From IMG/VR virus record IMGVR_UViG_3300033991_000020, positions 776 to 64,775 of that record: a DNA stretch of 64,000 nucleotides. One strand, written 5' to 3'. A program made the position numbers and the translations under genes. Every line of letters starts with the position of its first letter. The first letter of the stretch is position 1. The notes under the pieces are model-generated. The model did not search any database. It had not been told where the DNA came from and saw only the letters and a list, made by a program, of their open reading frames with translations. Below, piece by piece: positions 37,363 to 47,158 of the stretch. This DNA is from a virus. Lineage: Duplodnaviria > Caudoviricetes.

Positions 37363-37991
37363 AACCAGTAGTAGTAATAACAGGGGCAAAAAGAGGTTTG
37401 GGCGGAGCCTTAGCAGAGGATTTAAGCAAGGATTACCGTTTAATCCTCTGCGATAAGGACTATAAATATAGTTTAGTATCACAATCAAGAATTATTAAGC
37501 CCTGTGATGTATCAAAGATTTCTGATGTTAAAGAAGTAGTCAAGTTAGGATTAAAAAAATTCGGTAGAATTGATGTATTAATTAACAATGCGGGCCTAAT
37601 GTTATTTGACAAGTTTGAAAATATTAAAGAAGCTGACATAGATGCTATGTATAGTGTAAATATTAAGGGAACTTTATTATTTTCCCAAGCGATTTTACCA
37701 ATAATGCGTAAACAAAAAGTTGGTTATATCATTAATATTTCGTCAACTAGGGGTATTACAGGAGCACCAAATAAAGGAGCCTACGCCGTTACTAAATTTG
37801 GGGTTAAGGCATTAGCTGAAACACTTTTTCAAGAAAATAAAAAATACGGAATAAAAGCAACAACTATATGCCCTGGAAAACTTGGAAAAAACTTAGTAAC
37901 GTATGATGATGTAATAAAAACTGTTAAATACTTATTATCGCTGGGAAAACAAGCACATATTAGAGAACTTATTATTGGTGGACAATTATGA
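37359..37991 (+). CDS. short-chain dehydrogenase/reductase
   Basis: TGAKRGLG, NNAG, NISS, YAVTK. Confidence 0.92.
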   Translation: MKPVVVITGAKRGLGGALAEDLSKDYRLILCDKDYKYSLVSQSRIIKPCDVSKISDVKEVVKLGLKKFGRIDVLINNAGLMLFDKFENIKEADIDAMYSVNIKGTLLFSQAILPIMRKQKVGYIINISSTRGITGAPNKGAYAVTKFGVKALAETLFQENKKYGIKATTICPGKLGKNLVTYDDVIKTVKYLLSLGKQAHIRELIIGGQL

Positions 37992-38470
37992 AAGAAATAA
38001 AAATAAATCCAAAAAAAATAGTATTCAACGAAAAGACCAGATTAGCTTGCTTGTCCTGCAAAAACTTTGGAACAAAAGCAACATGCCCACCTTATATTGC
38101 CACCACAGAATATTTTAAAAAAGTTATAAGAACCTATAAACATGGAGTAGTTTACTATGAGCTATTTAAAGCAGATAAAGAAAACTGGGAAACTCTTAGA
38201 AAAGAGTCTAGTCTAAAAATACATAAGCATATTTTAGCAGAAAGAAATAGACTAATTAATAATGGTCATTATTTTTATTTGGCTCTGGGAGCTGGGTCTT
38301 GTAAGCTCTGCCAAACTTGTTTCTTTCCATGCAAAAAACCAAGTGAATCCTTAATACCAATTGAGGGTACTGGAATAGATTTAGTGGCAACAATGAAAAA
38401 ATATGGAATAAACATTGAGTTTCCTATTAAAAATAGCTATTACAGATTTGGGGGACTTCTATATGACTAA
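37988..38470 (+). CDS. DUF2284-like metal-binding protein
   Basis: CLSC...CPP, GSCKLC..C, EGTGID. Confidence 0.75.
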   Translation: MKEIKINPKKIVFNEKTRLACLSCKNFGTKATCPPYIATTEYFKKVIRTYKHGVVYYELFKADKENWETLRKESSLKIHKHILAERNRLINNGHYFYLALGAGSCKLCQTCFFPCKKPSESLIPIEGTGIDLVATMKKYGINIEFPIKNSYYRFGGLLYD

Positions 38471-38930
38471 AAAGAAAGCAGAAAGAAATAAATTAATTAA
38501 TGAAGGGCATTATTTTTATATAGTCCTAACCAACGGCTCGTTTGATTTGCTGCACATTGGGCATATTAACCTGTTAAAACGAGCAAAACAATTAGGCGAT
38601 TACCTAATCGTAGGGTTGTCAATAGACTCTTTAATCAAGGCCCATAAAGGATACCTACCCGTATTAACTTACAAACAAAGAAAACTTGCATTAAAAGCAA
38701 TTAGATATGTGGATAAGGTAGTACCGCAAACCAAGCTAATTGATATAAAACAATTTAAAAAGTTAGGTGCAGATTTATTTGTAATTGGTGACGACTGGAA
38801 AAATAGGACAGATGTAGAAGGATTAAATTGGCTCAAGCAAAATAAAAAAGTAAAGTTCATACCATACACAAAAGAATTAAGCACCACAAAGATAAAGAAC
38901 AAGATTTTAAAGGAGTGGAAATTAGCATAA
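38463..38930 (+). CDS. glycerol-3-phosphate cytidylyltransferase-like (TagD)
   Basis: GSFDLLHIGH, LIVGLS.D, IRYVD.V, IGDDW, STTKIK. Confidence 0.85.
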   Translation: MTKKKAERNKLINEGHYFYIVLTNGSFDLLHIGHINLLKRAKQLGDYLIVGLSIDSLIKAHKGYLPVLTYKQRKLALKAIRYVDKVVPQTKLIDIKQFKKLGADLFVIGDDWKNRTDVEGLNWLKQNKKVKFIPYTKELSTTKIKNKILKEWKLA

Positions 38931-38963
38931 AACCCATTAAGTTTAAGGAAAATAGAGAATAAT

Positions 38964-40088
38964 ATGAAAAATAAAGATATAAAACTTAGCTTCTCAACTA
39001 TAATTAAGAATGAGGCCCATGTTGTTGGTAGGAGTATTGATTCTATTAAAGATATTGTGGATGAGTGGTGTTATGTGGACACGGGTAGCACCGATGACTC
39101 TGTTAAAATTATAGAAGAAAAAACAGGTGTACCTTGCCTACATACAAAATGGGAGGGGGATTATGCCAAAGCTCGCAATGAAGGAATTAAAAGATGTACT
39201 GGTGACTGGATTTTAATTATGGATGGGGATGAACACATGACTCCAGAATCGGCTAAAAATCTTAAAACTATACTTAAAAACCTACCAGAAGACACTTGGG
39301 AAGTGCTTTGTCGAGTTGAGGACTACACAGACCCTTCTCTAGTCCCAACCTACATCGTCTATGGACACCGCTTATTTCGGAACCACAAAGGCATCCTCTG
39401 GGGCGGCAAAGGGCATGAAGCCCTCACAACGCCCCTAAATCACAGAACCCAAGACTCCAGGATTGTTATCAAACATGACAAAACTCCAAATGCGGTATCT
39501 CCTATACCGCCAAAGCCAAACGAATCTGCCCAAGTATTTATTGAGAATTTTTTGGAAGCAATTAAAAATAATCCTAAAGATGCCCGTTCTATGTTTTATT
39601 TGGCAAATACTTATATGGGTAGACATATGTTTAAGGAAGCTATTGAGTGGTATTTAAAATATTTTGAAACCTCTGGTTGGAAAGATGAAAGATACCAAGC
39701 TAGATATTTTTGTGCCAGATGTTACATGCTTTTAGGTGAGTTTACTTTGGCAAGGGAAATGATGTTAGATGCTTATGAGGAACGAGACGATAGAAATGAG
39801 GGCGAACTTATTTTAGGAGAATTAGCTTTTAAACAAAAGAAATATAGACAAGCATTAATGTGGTTTAATCTTGCCAAAGACAAAATGGAATACTGTAAAG
39901 AACATGGTTTACCTGATACCCTATTATTCTTAGAAGGCAAAGCTTATACATATGAACCCTATGATTGGTTAGCTTTTACATATTGGAAGCTAGATAACAA
40001 AGAAAAAGCGAAAGAATACACATTAAAAGCCTTAGAAATATTGCCCAATAATGAAAGATTAAAAAACAATTTGGAGTATTACAAATAA
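38964..40088 (+). CDS. GT2 glycosyltransferase with TPR repeats
   Basis: IIKNE, VDTGSTD, AKARN, WILIMDGDE, RLFRN, HE; C-terminal TPRs. Confidence 0.9.
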   Translation: MKNKDIKLSFSTIIKNEAHVVGRSIDSIKDIVDEWCYVDTGSTDDSVKIIEEKTGVPCLHTKWEGDYAKARNEGIKRCTGDWILIMDGDEHMTPESAKNLKTILKNLPEDTWEVLCRVEDYTDPSLVPTYIVYGHRLFRNHKGILWGGKGHEALTTPLNHRTQDSRIVIKHDKTPNAVSPIPPKPNESAQVFIENFLEAIKNNPKDARSMFYLANTYMGRHMFKEAIEWYLKYFETSGWKDERYQARYFCARCYMLLGEFTLAREMMLDAYEERDDRNEGELILGELAFKQKKYRQALMWFNLAKDKMEYCKEHGLPDTLLFLEGKAYTYEPYDWLAFTYWKLDNKEKAKEYTLKALEILPNNERLKNNLEYYK

Positions 40089-40436
40089 ATGACTATTCCA
40101 GTCCTAAATAAACTATTTCACAAAAAATATCAAAATATTCATTGGGATATAGTAACAAGCAGAAAAGACTTACTTATTAATTTACCTTTTACCTCAAGAA
40201 CTAGACTTTGGACGCAAGTTTGTTACTTCTTATATAAGAAGGAAGAACCACTATTTTATCAACAAATTTGTAGATATTACAAGGATGAATATGAAAAAAT
40301 TAACCCTGTAAATCAAATAATATTCTTACCTTTCTGTAATATTCATATTAGCCTTGATTATTATCAAGATAGGTTTAGAATTTATTTTGATGAATATCCT
40401 GAGCAAATCAAGTTAAGAAAAGAATATAAAAAATGA
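40089..40436 (+). CDS. hypothetical protein
   Basis: Coupled ORF. Confidence 0.5.
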   Translation: MTIPVLNKLFHKKYQNIHWDIVTSRKDLLINLPFTSRTRLWTQVCYFLYKKEEPLFYQQICRYYKDEYEKINPVNQIIFLPFCNIHISLDYYQDRFRIYFDEYPEQIKLRKEYKK

Positions 40437-41857
40437 CAATACCAACAAATTTATCAGAAAAAGCTATTTGGTTCAGTAAACTACTGGACCCTACAGATAA
40501 TTGCAAAAATTTGCGGGCTTTTTGCTTGAATATATTTGACTGCAAATTAGAGAAGAATCAATACTGGGCATTGCGAGATATGCTAGACCCAAAGATTAGA
40601 TTTATATATTTTTCTAACGCAAGACAAGGAGGCAAAACCCATGTTATTGCTTTATTTCAAGCAATTGCATCATTATTTCCAGAATTTGTAATTCCTGATT
40701 ATGCTAATAAAGGCAATGCTTATGTATTTGCTCCTAAAAAAGAACAAGCTGAAATTAGTTTTGAAAGATTTTCAAATTTTGTTCATTTTAATAAATACAA
40801 TATATACTCTGACTCTATAATAGTTGACAAATTTGATAAAATGATTTTTAGAAATGGTTTTGAAGTTAGGGCTATTACCGCTTCTCGTAACGCAGAAATT
40901 GAGGGACTTACGGTTTTTTGTATTATACTAGATGAGTCGCAAGCCATTAGCCCATATAAGGTTAGAGAAAGTATTTTGCCTATGGGAGGAGGTATTGCTC
41001 AAGGAGCAAAAATCATCCAATGTGGTGTTCCAGGAATCTTAGGCTCACATTTCCATAAGGCTTATAAAAACAAGTTTGACCCACAAACTAATCTATCAGG
41101 CTATGTTCATCATGTTTATCCCTGGCAAGATTGTCCTAGATTAGATTTAAGCTACATTATGAATATTAAAAGTGAGGACCCAGACTCCTTTGAACGCAAC
41201 TATGAACTTAAATGGGAACGTAGTAATTATGGTTATTTTACTACTTATGAGGAGTATGAGGCTTGCGAGGAAGAGTATGATGTTCACGAAATGTATAAAA
41301 AAGCAATTGAAAATAATTGGCCAATGTATTGGGGAATTGATTTTGCTAAACTAAGAGATTCAACCGTTTTATTTACAATGGCTCAAAATCCAGAAAGCGG
41401 TCATTACTATGTAGTGGGTGATATTATAGAATTTCAAGGGACAGAGTATATTGACCAGATTGGTTATATCAAAAATATATATGTTCCTGGTCATATTAAA
41501 CACACCTGTGCAGATAAATCTGGTGTTGGTGAAATGCCTATTGAGGTTTTAAATGATGGTGGAATCCTTACTACAGGAATAAACTTTAGTTTGCAATCAA
41601 AAGATAAAATATATAAGCATTTAAGATACCAAATTCAAAATAAATTAATACACTGGCCTAAAAAATTACCTAATAAGGAATATAGAAAATTTAAACAACA
41701 GTTCTTGGAATTGGAAATTGAACATAAAACTACTGGTTTAATTTCGGTGCACCACAACCTAGACGACAATTTGGCGAGAGATGATTATGCCGATGCTTTG
41801 TGCCTTGCGATATGGAGTGCTGCTGAATATGTTGAACCCAATATAAGTTTTATTTAA
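40433..41857 (+). CDS. terL: terminase large subunit
   Basis: ARQGGKT Walker A, FAP..EQA, IILDE, WGIDFAK..D, D.SGVG, DDYADA. Confidence 0.88.
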   Translation: MTIPTNLSEKAIWFSKLLDPTDNCKNLRAFCLNIFDCKLEKNQYWALRDMLDPKIRFIYFSNARQGGKTHVIALFQAIASLFPEFVIPDYANKGNAYVFAPKKEQAEISFERFSNFVHFNKYNIYSDSIIVDKFDKMIFRNGFEVRAITASRNAEIEGLTVFCIILDESQAISPYKVRESILPMGGGIAQGAKIIQCGVPGILGSHFHKAYKNKFDPQTNLSGYVHHVYPWQDCPRLDLSYIMNIKSEDPDSFERNYELKWERSNYGYFTTYEEYEACEEEYDVHEMYKKAIENNWPMYWGIDFAKLRDSTVLFTMAQNPESGHYYVVGDIIEFQGTEYIDQIGYIKNIYVPGHIKHTCADKSGVGEMPIEVLNDGGILTTGINFSLQSKDKIYKHLRYQIQNKLIHWPKKLPNKEYRKFKQQFLELEIEHKTTGLISVHHNLDDNLARDDYADALCLAIWSAAEYVEPNISFI

Positions 41858-41870
41858 AGGAGATATTAAA

Positions 41871-43425
41871 ATGGAAATGCTAACTAAAAAAGATTGGAAT
41901 GAGTTTAGAAATAGTGGATTACTTTGGTTTACTAATAGAATTTTACATTTATTTGGCTGGGCTATTGTAGTTGATTATGAAGATATTGAAAAGGGAATCA
42001 TAAAAGAAGTTTACCCTGCAAGATGTAAATTTCGAGGATTTGAAACAAAGAACGAATCGGAAGGGTTTGTTAAAGTAACAGAATATTTAAAAAATAATAT
42101 TGATGAACTATTAAAAGAAACAAAGGAATAATAAAATGAACTGGCAAAAATGTCCTATATGTAAAGGTCATGGAATTGTTCCATCTGGATTTTATTTATA
42201 TCCAGAAGGTCAATCCTTTTATAGTACATCTTGTTCACCAGAACAATGTAGAACTTGTTTAGGTACTGGTAAAATATTAGAAGCTCCAGATTGGACTCCT
42301 GACAAAAAGGAAGAACAATGAAGGTTCCTTGCATTATTTGTTTAAATAAAGTAGAAGTTAATGATTCCAAAATTATTGCAACTGTTTGCAAAAATTGCTT
42401 AACAGATAAGAATATTGAAGATGTTGGTAAAAACTTTACTTTAACAAAATTAAAGGAAATTCTTAAAAAATTCAAAGAACGTCCAAATATAAATGAGTAT
42501 GGAGAAATTATTTGAAAGGGGGCTTATATGCTCAAATTATCAGAACTTGGGGTAAAACTAGACATATCCCAATTTGAAAAAGCTGCCAAAATATTAAGTG
42601 ATATGTATAGAAAAATACAAGATTACAATAAGGAGGTAGCTAAATCTAATAAATTACTTAGAGACCAAGAAGAACTAAGAAAACGATTAAATGTGTCCGT
42701 AAAAGACGGGAAAGTTATTGGACTTATAAAAGAAGAAAAAAATGGATAATACAATAGAAGCAGAACTAGTCAGAAAATTTCTAAGTGATTTTAAAAAAAT
42801 GATAGAAGACAGAACTGGTATTCCTTTTAATCCTCGTCATTTAGCTATAATTACCCAGCCAGATATGAAAGATGAAAATTTGCTTGAGTGGATTGCTTAT
42901 CATAAATGGTTTGATGAGATTCAATATGGTATAAGTACAGCTAAATGTAATAATCTTATTCAGGTTTTTCTGGAAATGCCAATACATGTGCTTATTGAAG
43001 CGGAAGAAATTGGAAAACCACTATTATCAGTACAAGACCAAAAAAAGTTAGCCAAAGCACTTAAATTAATTAGTGAAATACGGATGCAAAAACATTATGC
43101 AGAATAAGAATAATAAATATATAGTTATATGCTATGATGACGGTTCTTTATATTCTTGGAATAATAATATTATTTATCAAGGAGAATCGGCATTAAAAAT
43201 ACCAACTATACTAGAATTAAAGAAAAAATATCCTACTGCCAAAGTATATAAATTAACGGAGATAAATATATGAAAAAAATAACTTTTAAAAATACCTATG
43301 AATGTACACATTGTAAACGAAAAATAACAGGGTCTGTAGATAAATGTCCCGTTTGCAAAAATAAAATAATTAAAATAGAAGAACAACAACCATTGCTAAC
43401 TATACTTAAAAGGGTTAAAAAATGA
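41871..43425 (+). other. run of small hypothetical ORFs (41871..42131, 42136..42321, 42318..42515, 42528..42749, 42742..43107, 43097..43273, 43270..43425), several with zinc ribbons
   Basis: Coupled ORFs, several with RBSs; CxxC pairs in 42136, 42318 and 43270. Confidence 0.6.
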
Positions 43426-43841
43426 TTTGTACTGATTTAAAAATATTAAGACAAGTAAGTAAGCCTTTTAAGCGTTCCCAAAAAGAGTTAAAAGAATTAA
43501 TTGCCATACTAGAAAAAGAATTAGCAGAATCCAAAATACCTGGAGTAGGTCTTAGTGCAATACAAATAGGAATACCTTTACAAATAGCTATTATAAGAAC
43601 AAGGGATTTAAAACTTGATTTATACAATACTGATATAATTAAAATGAATGAACATTTTATATTTAATAATGAAGGTTGTTTATCTACTCCAAATATATTT
43701 AAAGATACCCTACGTTTTAGAACAATTCAAATAAAAAATGGAGACGGTTCTATTATAACTTTGGAAGGCTATAATAGTGTAGTTGTACAACATGAAACTG
43801 ACCATTGGAATGGTGTATTATTTATTGATAGAATCATCTAA
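43422..43841 (+). CDS. def: peptide deformylase
   Basis: GVGLSAIQIG, EGCLS, QHETDH. Confidence 0.93.
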   Translation: MICTDLKILRQVSKPFKRSQKELKELIAILEKELAESKIPGVGLSAIQIGIPLQIAIIRTRDLKLDLYNTDIIKMNEHFIFNNEGCLSTPNIFKDTLRFRTIQIKNGDGSIITLEGYNSVVVQHETDHWNGVLFIDRII

Positions 43842-44004
43842 TATAAAGGAGGAAACATGGAAGACAGAAAAATATCACAAGAAGAATTTGAAAAACAAAG
43901 AGAAGAAGCAATAAAGCAGATAGTTGAACTATTAAATAAGTATAATTTAACTATAGGAGTAACACACACAATAGCAATAGTTCCGAAGTCAAAGGATTAA
44001 TAAA

Positions 44005-44613
44005 ATGACTAAAAAACCAAATAATTCTTTTCTTGACCATGCAATTCATTTTCACGAAACTAATCTACATATGTCTACTAGAACTATATATTTTGGTAGT
44101 GTTGGAGTAGACAGTAACACTGATAGTGATGAAGTAAATTGTAGAACAGTTGGTCAATTAATCAAAAATTTACATATATTAGAAACTAAAGAAATCGGTC
44201 CTATTTCCCTTCTACTTAATACTCCTGGAGGTTCGTGGGAAGATGGAATTGCTGTCTATGATTTACTTAAAAGTTTAAAATCAGAAGTAACAATTATAGG
44301 AATGGGCAAAATATGGTCAATGGGAAGTATTATTTTTCAAGCTGGAAAAAAAAGAGTCCTATTGCCAAATACAACAATTCTTATACATGATGGAACAGAT
44401 GGTTATATTGGTGATGCAAAGTCCTTTGAAAACTGGGCTGAAGATTCAAAAAGAGTAAGAAATATTATGTATAACATATATTATGATGGAATGAAGAAAA
44501 AGAATCCAAAAATTACCTTAAAAGATATTGAAAATATGTGTGCACATGATAAAATTCTTAATGCAGAAGAAGCAATAAAAATAGGTTTAGCAGACGAAAT
44601 AATAACAAAATAA
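44005..44613 (+). CDS. ClpP-like protease
   Basis: NTPGG, WSMG (Ser), IHD (His), HD..LNAEEA...GLAD. Confidence 0.85.
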   Translation: MTKKPNNSFLDHAIHFHETNLHMSTRTIYFGSVGVDSNTDSDEVNCRTVGQLIKNLHILETKEIGPISLLLNTPGGSWEDGIAVYDLLKSLKSEVTIIGMGKIWSMGSIIFQAGKKRVLLPNTTILIHDGTDGYIGDAKSFENWAEDSKRVRNIMYNIYYDGMKKKNPKITLKDIENMCAHDKILNAEEAIKIGLADEIITK

Positions 44614-44629
44614 AAGGAGAATAAAGCAA

Positions 44630-44791
44630 ATGAACAAAGGAACAATTATTAAATATGCTGGTATTATCGCTGGTGGTCTTATTGCTATTTCTTTAGTATC
44701 CAAAAGTCCTGTTCCAGTAATATTATTAGGTATTTGTGCTGGAATCTATTTTATAGGGGTCGCTATTGAAAAGGGGAATATTAACCTATAG
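44630..44791 (+). CDS. small two-TM membrane protein, absent from the ORF track
   Basis: AGGAG RBS; MNKGTIIKYAGIIAGGLIAISLVSKSPVPVILLGICAGIYFIGVAIEK. Confidence 0.55.
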   Translation: MNKGTIIKYAGIIAGGLIAISLVSKSPVPVILLGICAGIYFIGVAIEKGNINL

Positions 44792-44874
44792 GGAGACGTT
44801 TTGAACGATTACGTTCAAAATAGCCCTATCTACGCCCCAAATAGAGGCAATTTTAAGGGGAGTGTGGTATTTAA

Positions 44875-45414
44875 GTGAAAACTAAAATTTGTACTAAATG
44901 TGGAAAAAGAAAAGCAATAAGCCAATTTTATAAACACACCACTACTAAAGATAAGTTACGACCAGATTGTAAAGAATGCAGTGATAAATTCGGAAAAATT
45001 CATCGTGACAAAAATAAAGAACACTATCATAAATTGGAACAAATAAGATATAGCAAAAATAAAAAAAGAATCTATCAACTTAAAAAAGAACTATTAAAAA
45101 AGCATCCAATTAAGCATAAAATATATCAAAAAGAAGCTAGTTTAAAATATAAATTTAATATAACATTGGCTGACTATAATAAATTATTAAAAAATCAAAA
45201 TAATACTTGTGCTATTTGTAATAAAAAAGAAACTAGAAAAGATTATAGAACAAACATAACCAGGTCGCTATCTATTGACCATAATCACAAGACTGGAAAA
45301 ATTCGTGGGTTATTGTGTTCAAAATGTAATAATGCCATAGGCCTATTTAATGATAATGTAACCATTTTAAATAAGGCTATAAACTACTTAAAGAAAGGAG
45401 AACAACATGATTAA
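44875..45414 (+). CDS. endonuclease VII-like HNH nuclease
   Basis: CTKC..CKEC, QNNTCAIC, IDHNHKTGKIRGLLCSKCN. Confidence 0.88.
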   Translation: MKTKICTKCGKRKAISQFYKHTTTKDKLRPDCKECSDKFGKIHRDKNKEHYHKLEQIRYSKNKKRIYQLKKELLKKHPIKHKIYQKEASLKYKFNITLADYNKLLKNQNNTCAICNKKETRKDYRTNITRSLSIDHNHKTGKIRGLLCSKCNNAIGLFNDNVTILNKAINYLKKGEQHD

Positions 45415-45919
45415 ACAATTTATTATAATTTTATTTTTAATATTTGGACTTGGGGGATGCACACTACTTCCAAGAATTACATTCGATAAATCTGGAGTAA
45501 CCCCAACCGCCACAGTCAAATCACAAAAAAAAGAAAGTTGTTCTGGAACCTATACAGTTGATAAAAACGGTAACATAATTTCATGCAGTAAAAATTATAA
45601 TAATTATGAAAATAACTACTCTAAAAAAGAAAGAGTACTAACATTACAAGAAAAAATATCTAACTTTTTTAGAGGACTAGCGGGTTGGGGTTTCTGGGGG
45701 TTGGTTATTATCATAATCCTATGCCCATCCTTGCTTGGTTTAATTGTTGGTAGGGTTTTTAATGCTACTAATATAGCCTTCTCTCAGACTGTAGCAGCAA
45801 TTAAAGCGTTTAGACAAAAAGTTAGTGTAGAAGAAAAGGAAAGATTAGACGCATTCTTAAGAGATAAACAAGATGCTAAAACAAAACAATTGGTTGCGGC
45901 AGAAAGAACAAAAGTCTAA
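45407..45919 (+). CDS. lipoprotein with an internal transmembrane segment
   Basis: Signal peptide with LGGC lipobox; TM LAGWGFWGLVIIIILC. Confidence 0.65.
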   Translation: MIKQFIIILFLIFGLGGCTLLPRITFDKSGVTPTATVKSQKKESCSGTYTVDKNGNIISCSKNYNNYENNYSKKERVLTLQEKISNFFRGLAGWGFWGLVIIIILCPSLLGLIVGRVFNATNIAFSQTVAAIKAFRQKVSVEEKERLDAFLRDKQDAKTKQLVAAERTKV

Positions 45920-46235
45920 TGATTATATTATGCCCATGCGAACAATACTTAACTGGAACTAATGCAATAATTTATAAAACAGCAATTTATAATGACAACG
46001 GAGAGATTATTTTCGCAATTTGTCAACACGGTCATATAGTAATAAATTATATAAAGAAGAAGAGGAGGACAGCATAGATGGAAAAGATAAGAAAAGTAAT
46101 TCTTAATAGACTTTCATATCATTTATTAGAATCAAAAGACAAACCAATTAATACCCAATCAAGTAAATATGCGTTAGGAATAAATGCGCTTGCGGATAGT
46201 TTAACCCAGGCTATTATAGAGGAAGGATTAAAACA

Positions 46236-46553
46236 ATGGAAAAGATAATAACCAATGACCCAAAAAAAGGCAAGCCTGTTCTTGCTGGTCATATTGAAGG
46301 AGATACTTTTATTAAACAAGTAACGCCAAGACATTTCTTTTATAAGTTACAAGCTTATGGTATTCAAGAAGATGTTATACAAACTATTATTGAAAAGGGA
46401 GTAAAAAAGATACGCATAATTAGCCATACTCTAACTTATGAAAGTAATATAAAAGACTGGATAAATGGCCATGCCTTGCTTAGAGATTATGGAAACGGTC
46501 TTCAAAGGTTTCTTCCTGTTCATTATATGAAAAAAATTAAAAGGAGCATATAA
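46236..46553 (+). CDS. hypothetical protein
   Basis: ORF; G.QRFLP C-terminus. Confidence 0.6.
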   Translation: MEKIITNDPKKGKPVLAGHIEGDTFIKQVTPRHFFYKLQAYGIQEDVIQTIIEKGVKKIRIISHTLTYESNIKDWINGHALLRDYGNGLQRFLPVHYMKKIKRSI

Positions 46554-47158
46554 TGAAAAAACTATTTATAGCTTTAATTTTACTGTTTCTCATAACAACT
46601 ACCAGCTTTGCTGCTAAAGACGATTCAGCGGTAAAAATTTTTAGTATAAGCGCAGAGGACTTTGGTGGGTGCTCAGGCGTTATCGTAAAAAATGATAAAG
46701 ATGTGTGCATTATTTTAACAGCCAAGCATTGTCTGAATACGCATGAAGAAATATATGTTGAAGATAAACCAGTACAATTAATTATTGCGTCAAAAGATGA
46801 TGACCTAACAATACTGATTGTAGAAGGCAATATCCCAGATAAAAAAGCAGTAACAATTGCCGAATATAACCAAACTATTGGAGACCAAGCCTATCATGTA
46901 GGCTACTCAAATAATACATTGTATGAACCAACTGGAACTTTAACAAGATTTACTAAGGACTGGGTATTTTATGACATGTATGCAAAACCAGGATGTTCTG
47001 GTGGTGGAATCTTTAATGATAAAAATGAACTTGTTGGCATACTATGGGGTGGTCTTACATTTCAAGATGTTACAATAGCTGAACCGCTTAAAGATATTAA
47101 ACGATTTTTAAAAGAAATACAAACGTATACACCGTACCTAATAGAATCGAAACAGTGA
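46553..47158 (+). CDS. secreted trypsin-like serine protease
   Basis: Signal peptide; CSGV, LTAKHC, DDL, PGCSGGG. Confidence 0.88.
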   Translation: MKKLFIALILLFLITTTSFAAKDDSAVKIFSISAEDFGGCSGVIVKNDKDVCIILTAKHCLNTHEEIYVEDKPVQLIIASKDDDLTILIVEGNIPDKKAVTIAEYNQTIGDQAYHVGYSNNTLYEPTGTLTRFTKDWVFYDMYAKPGCSGGGIFNDKNELVGILWGGLTFQDVTIAEPLKDIKRFLKEIQTYTPYLIESKQ

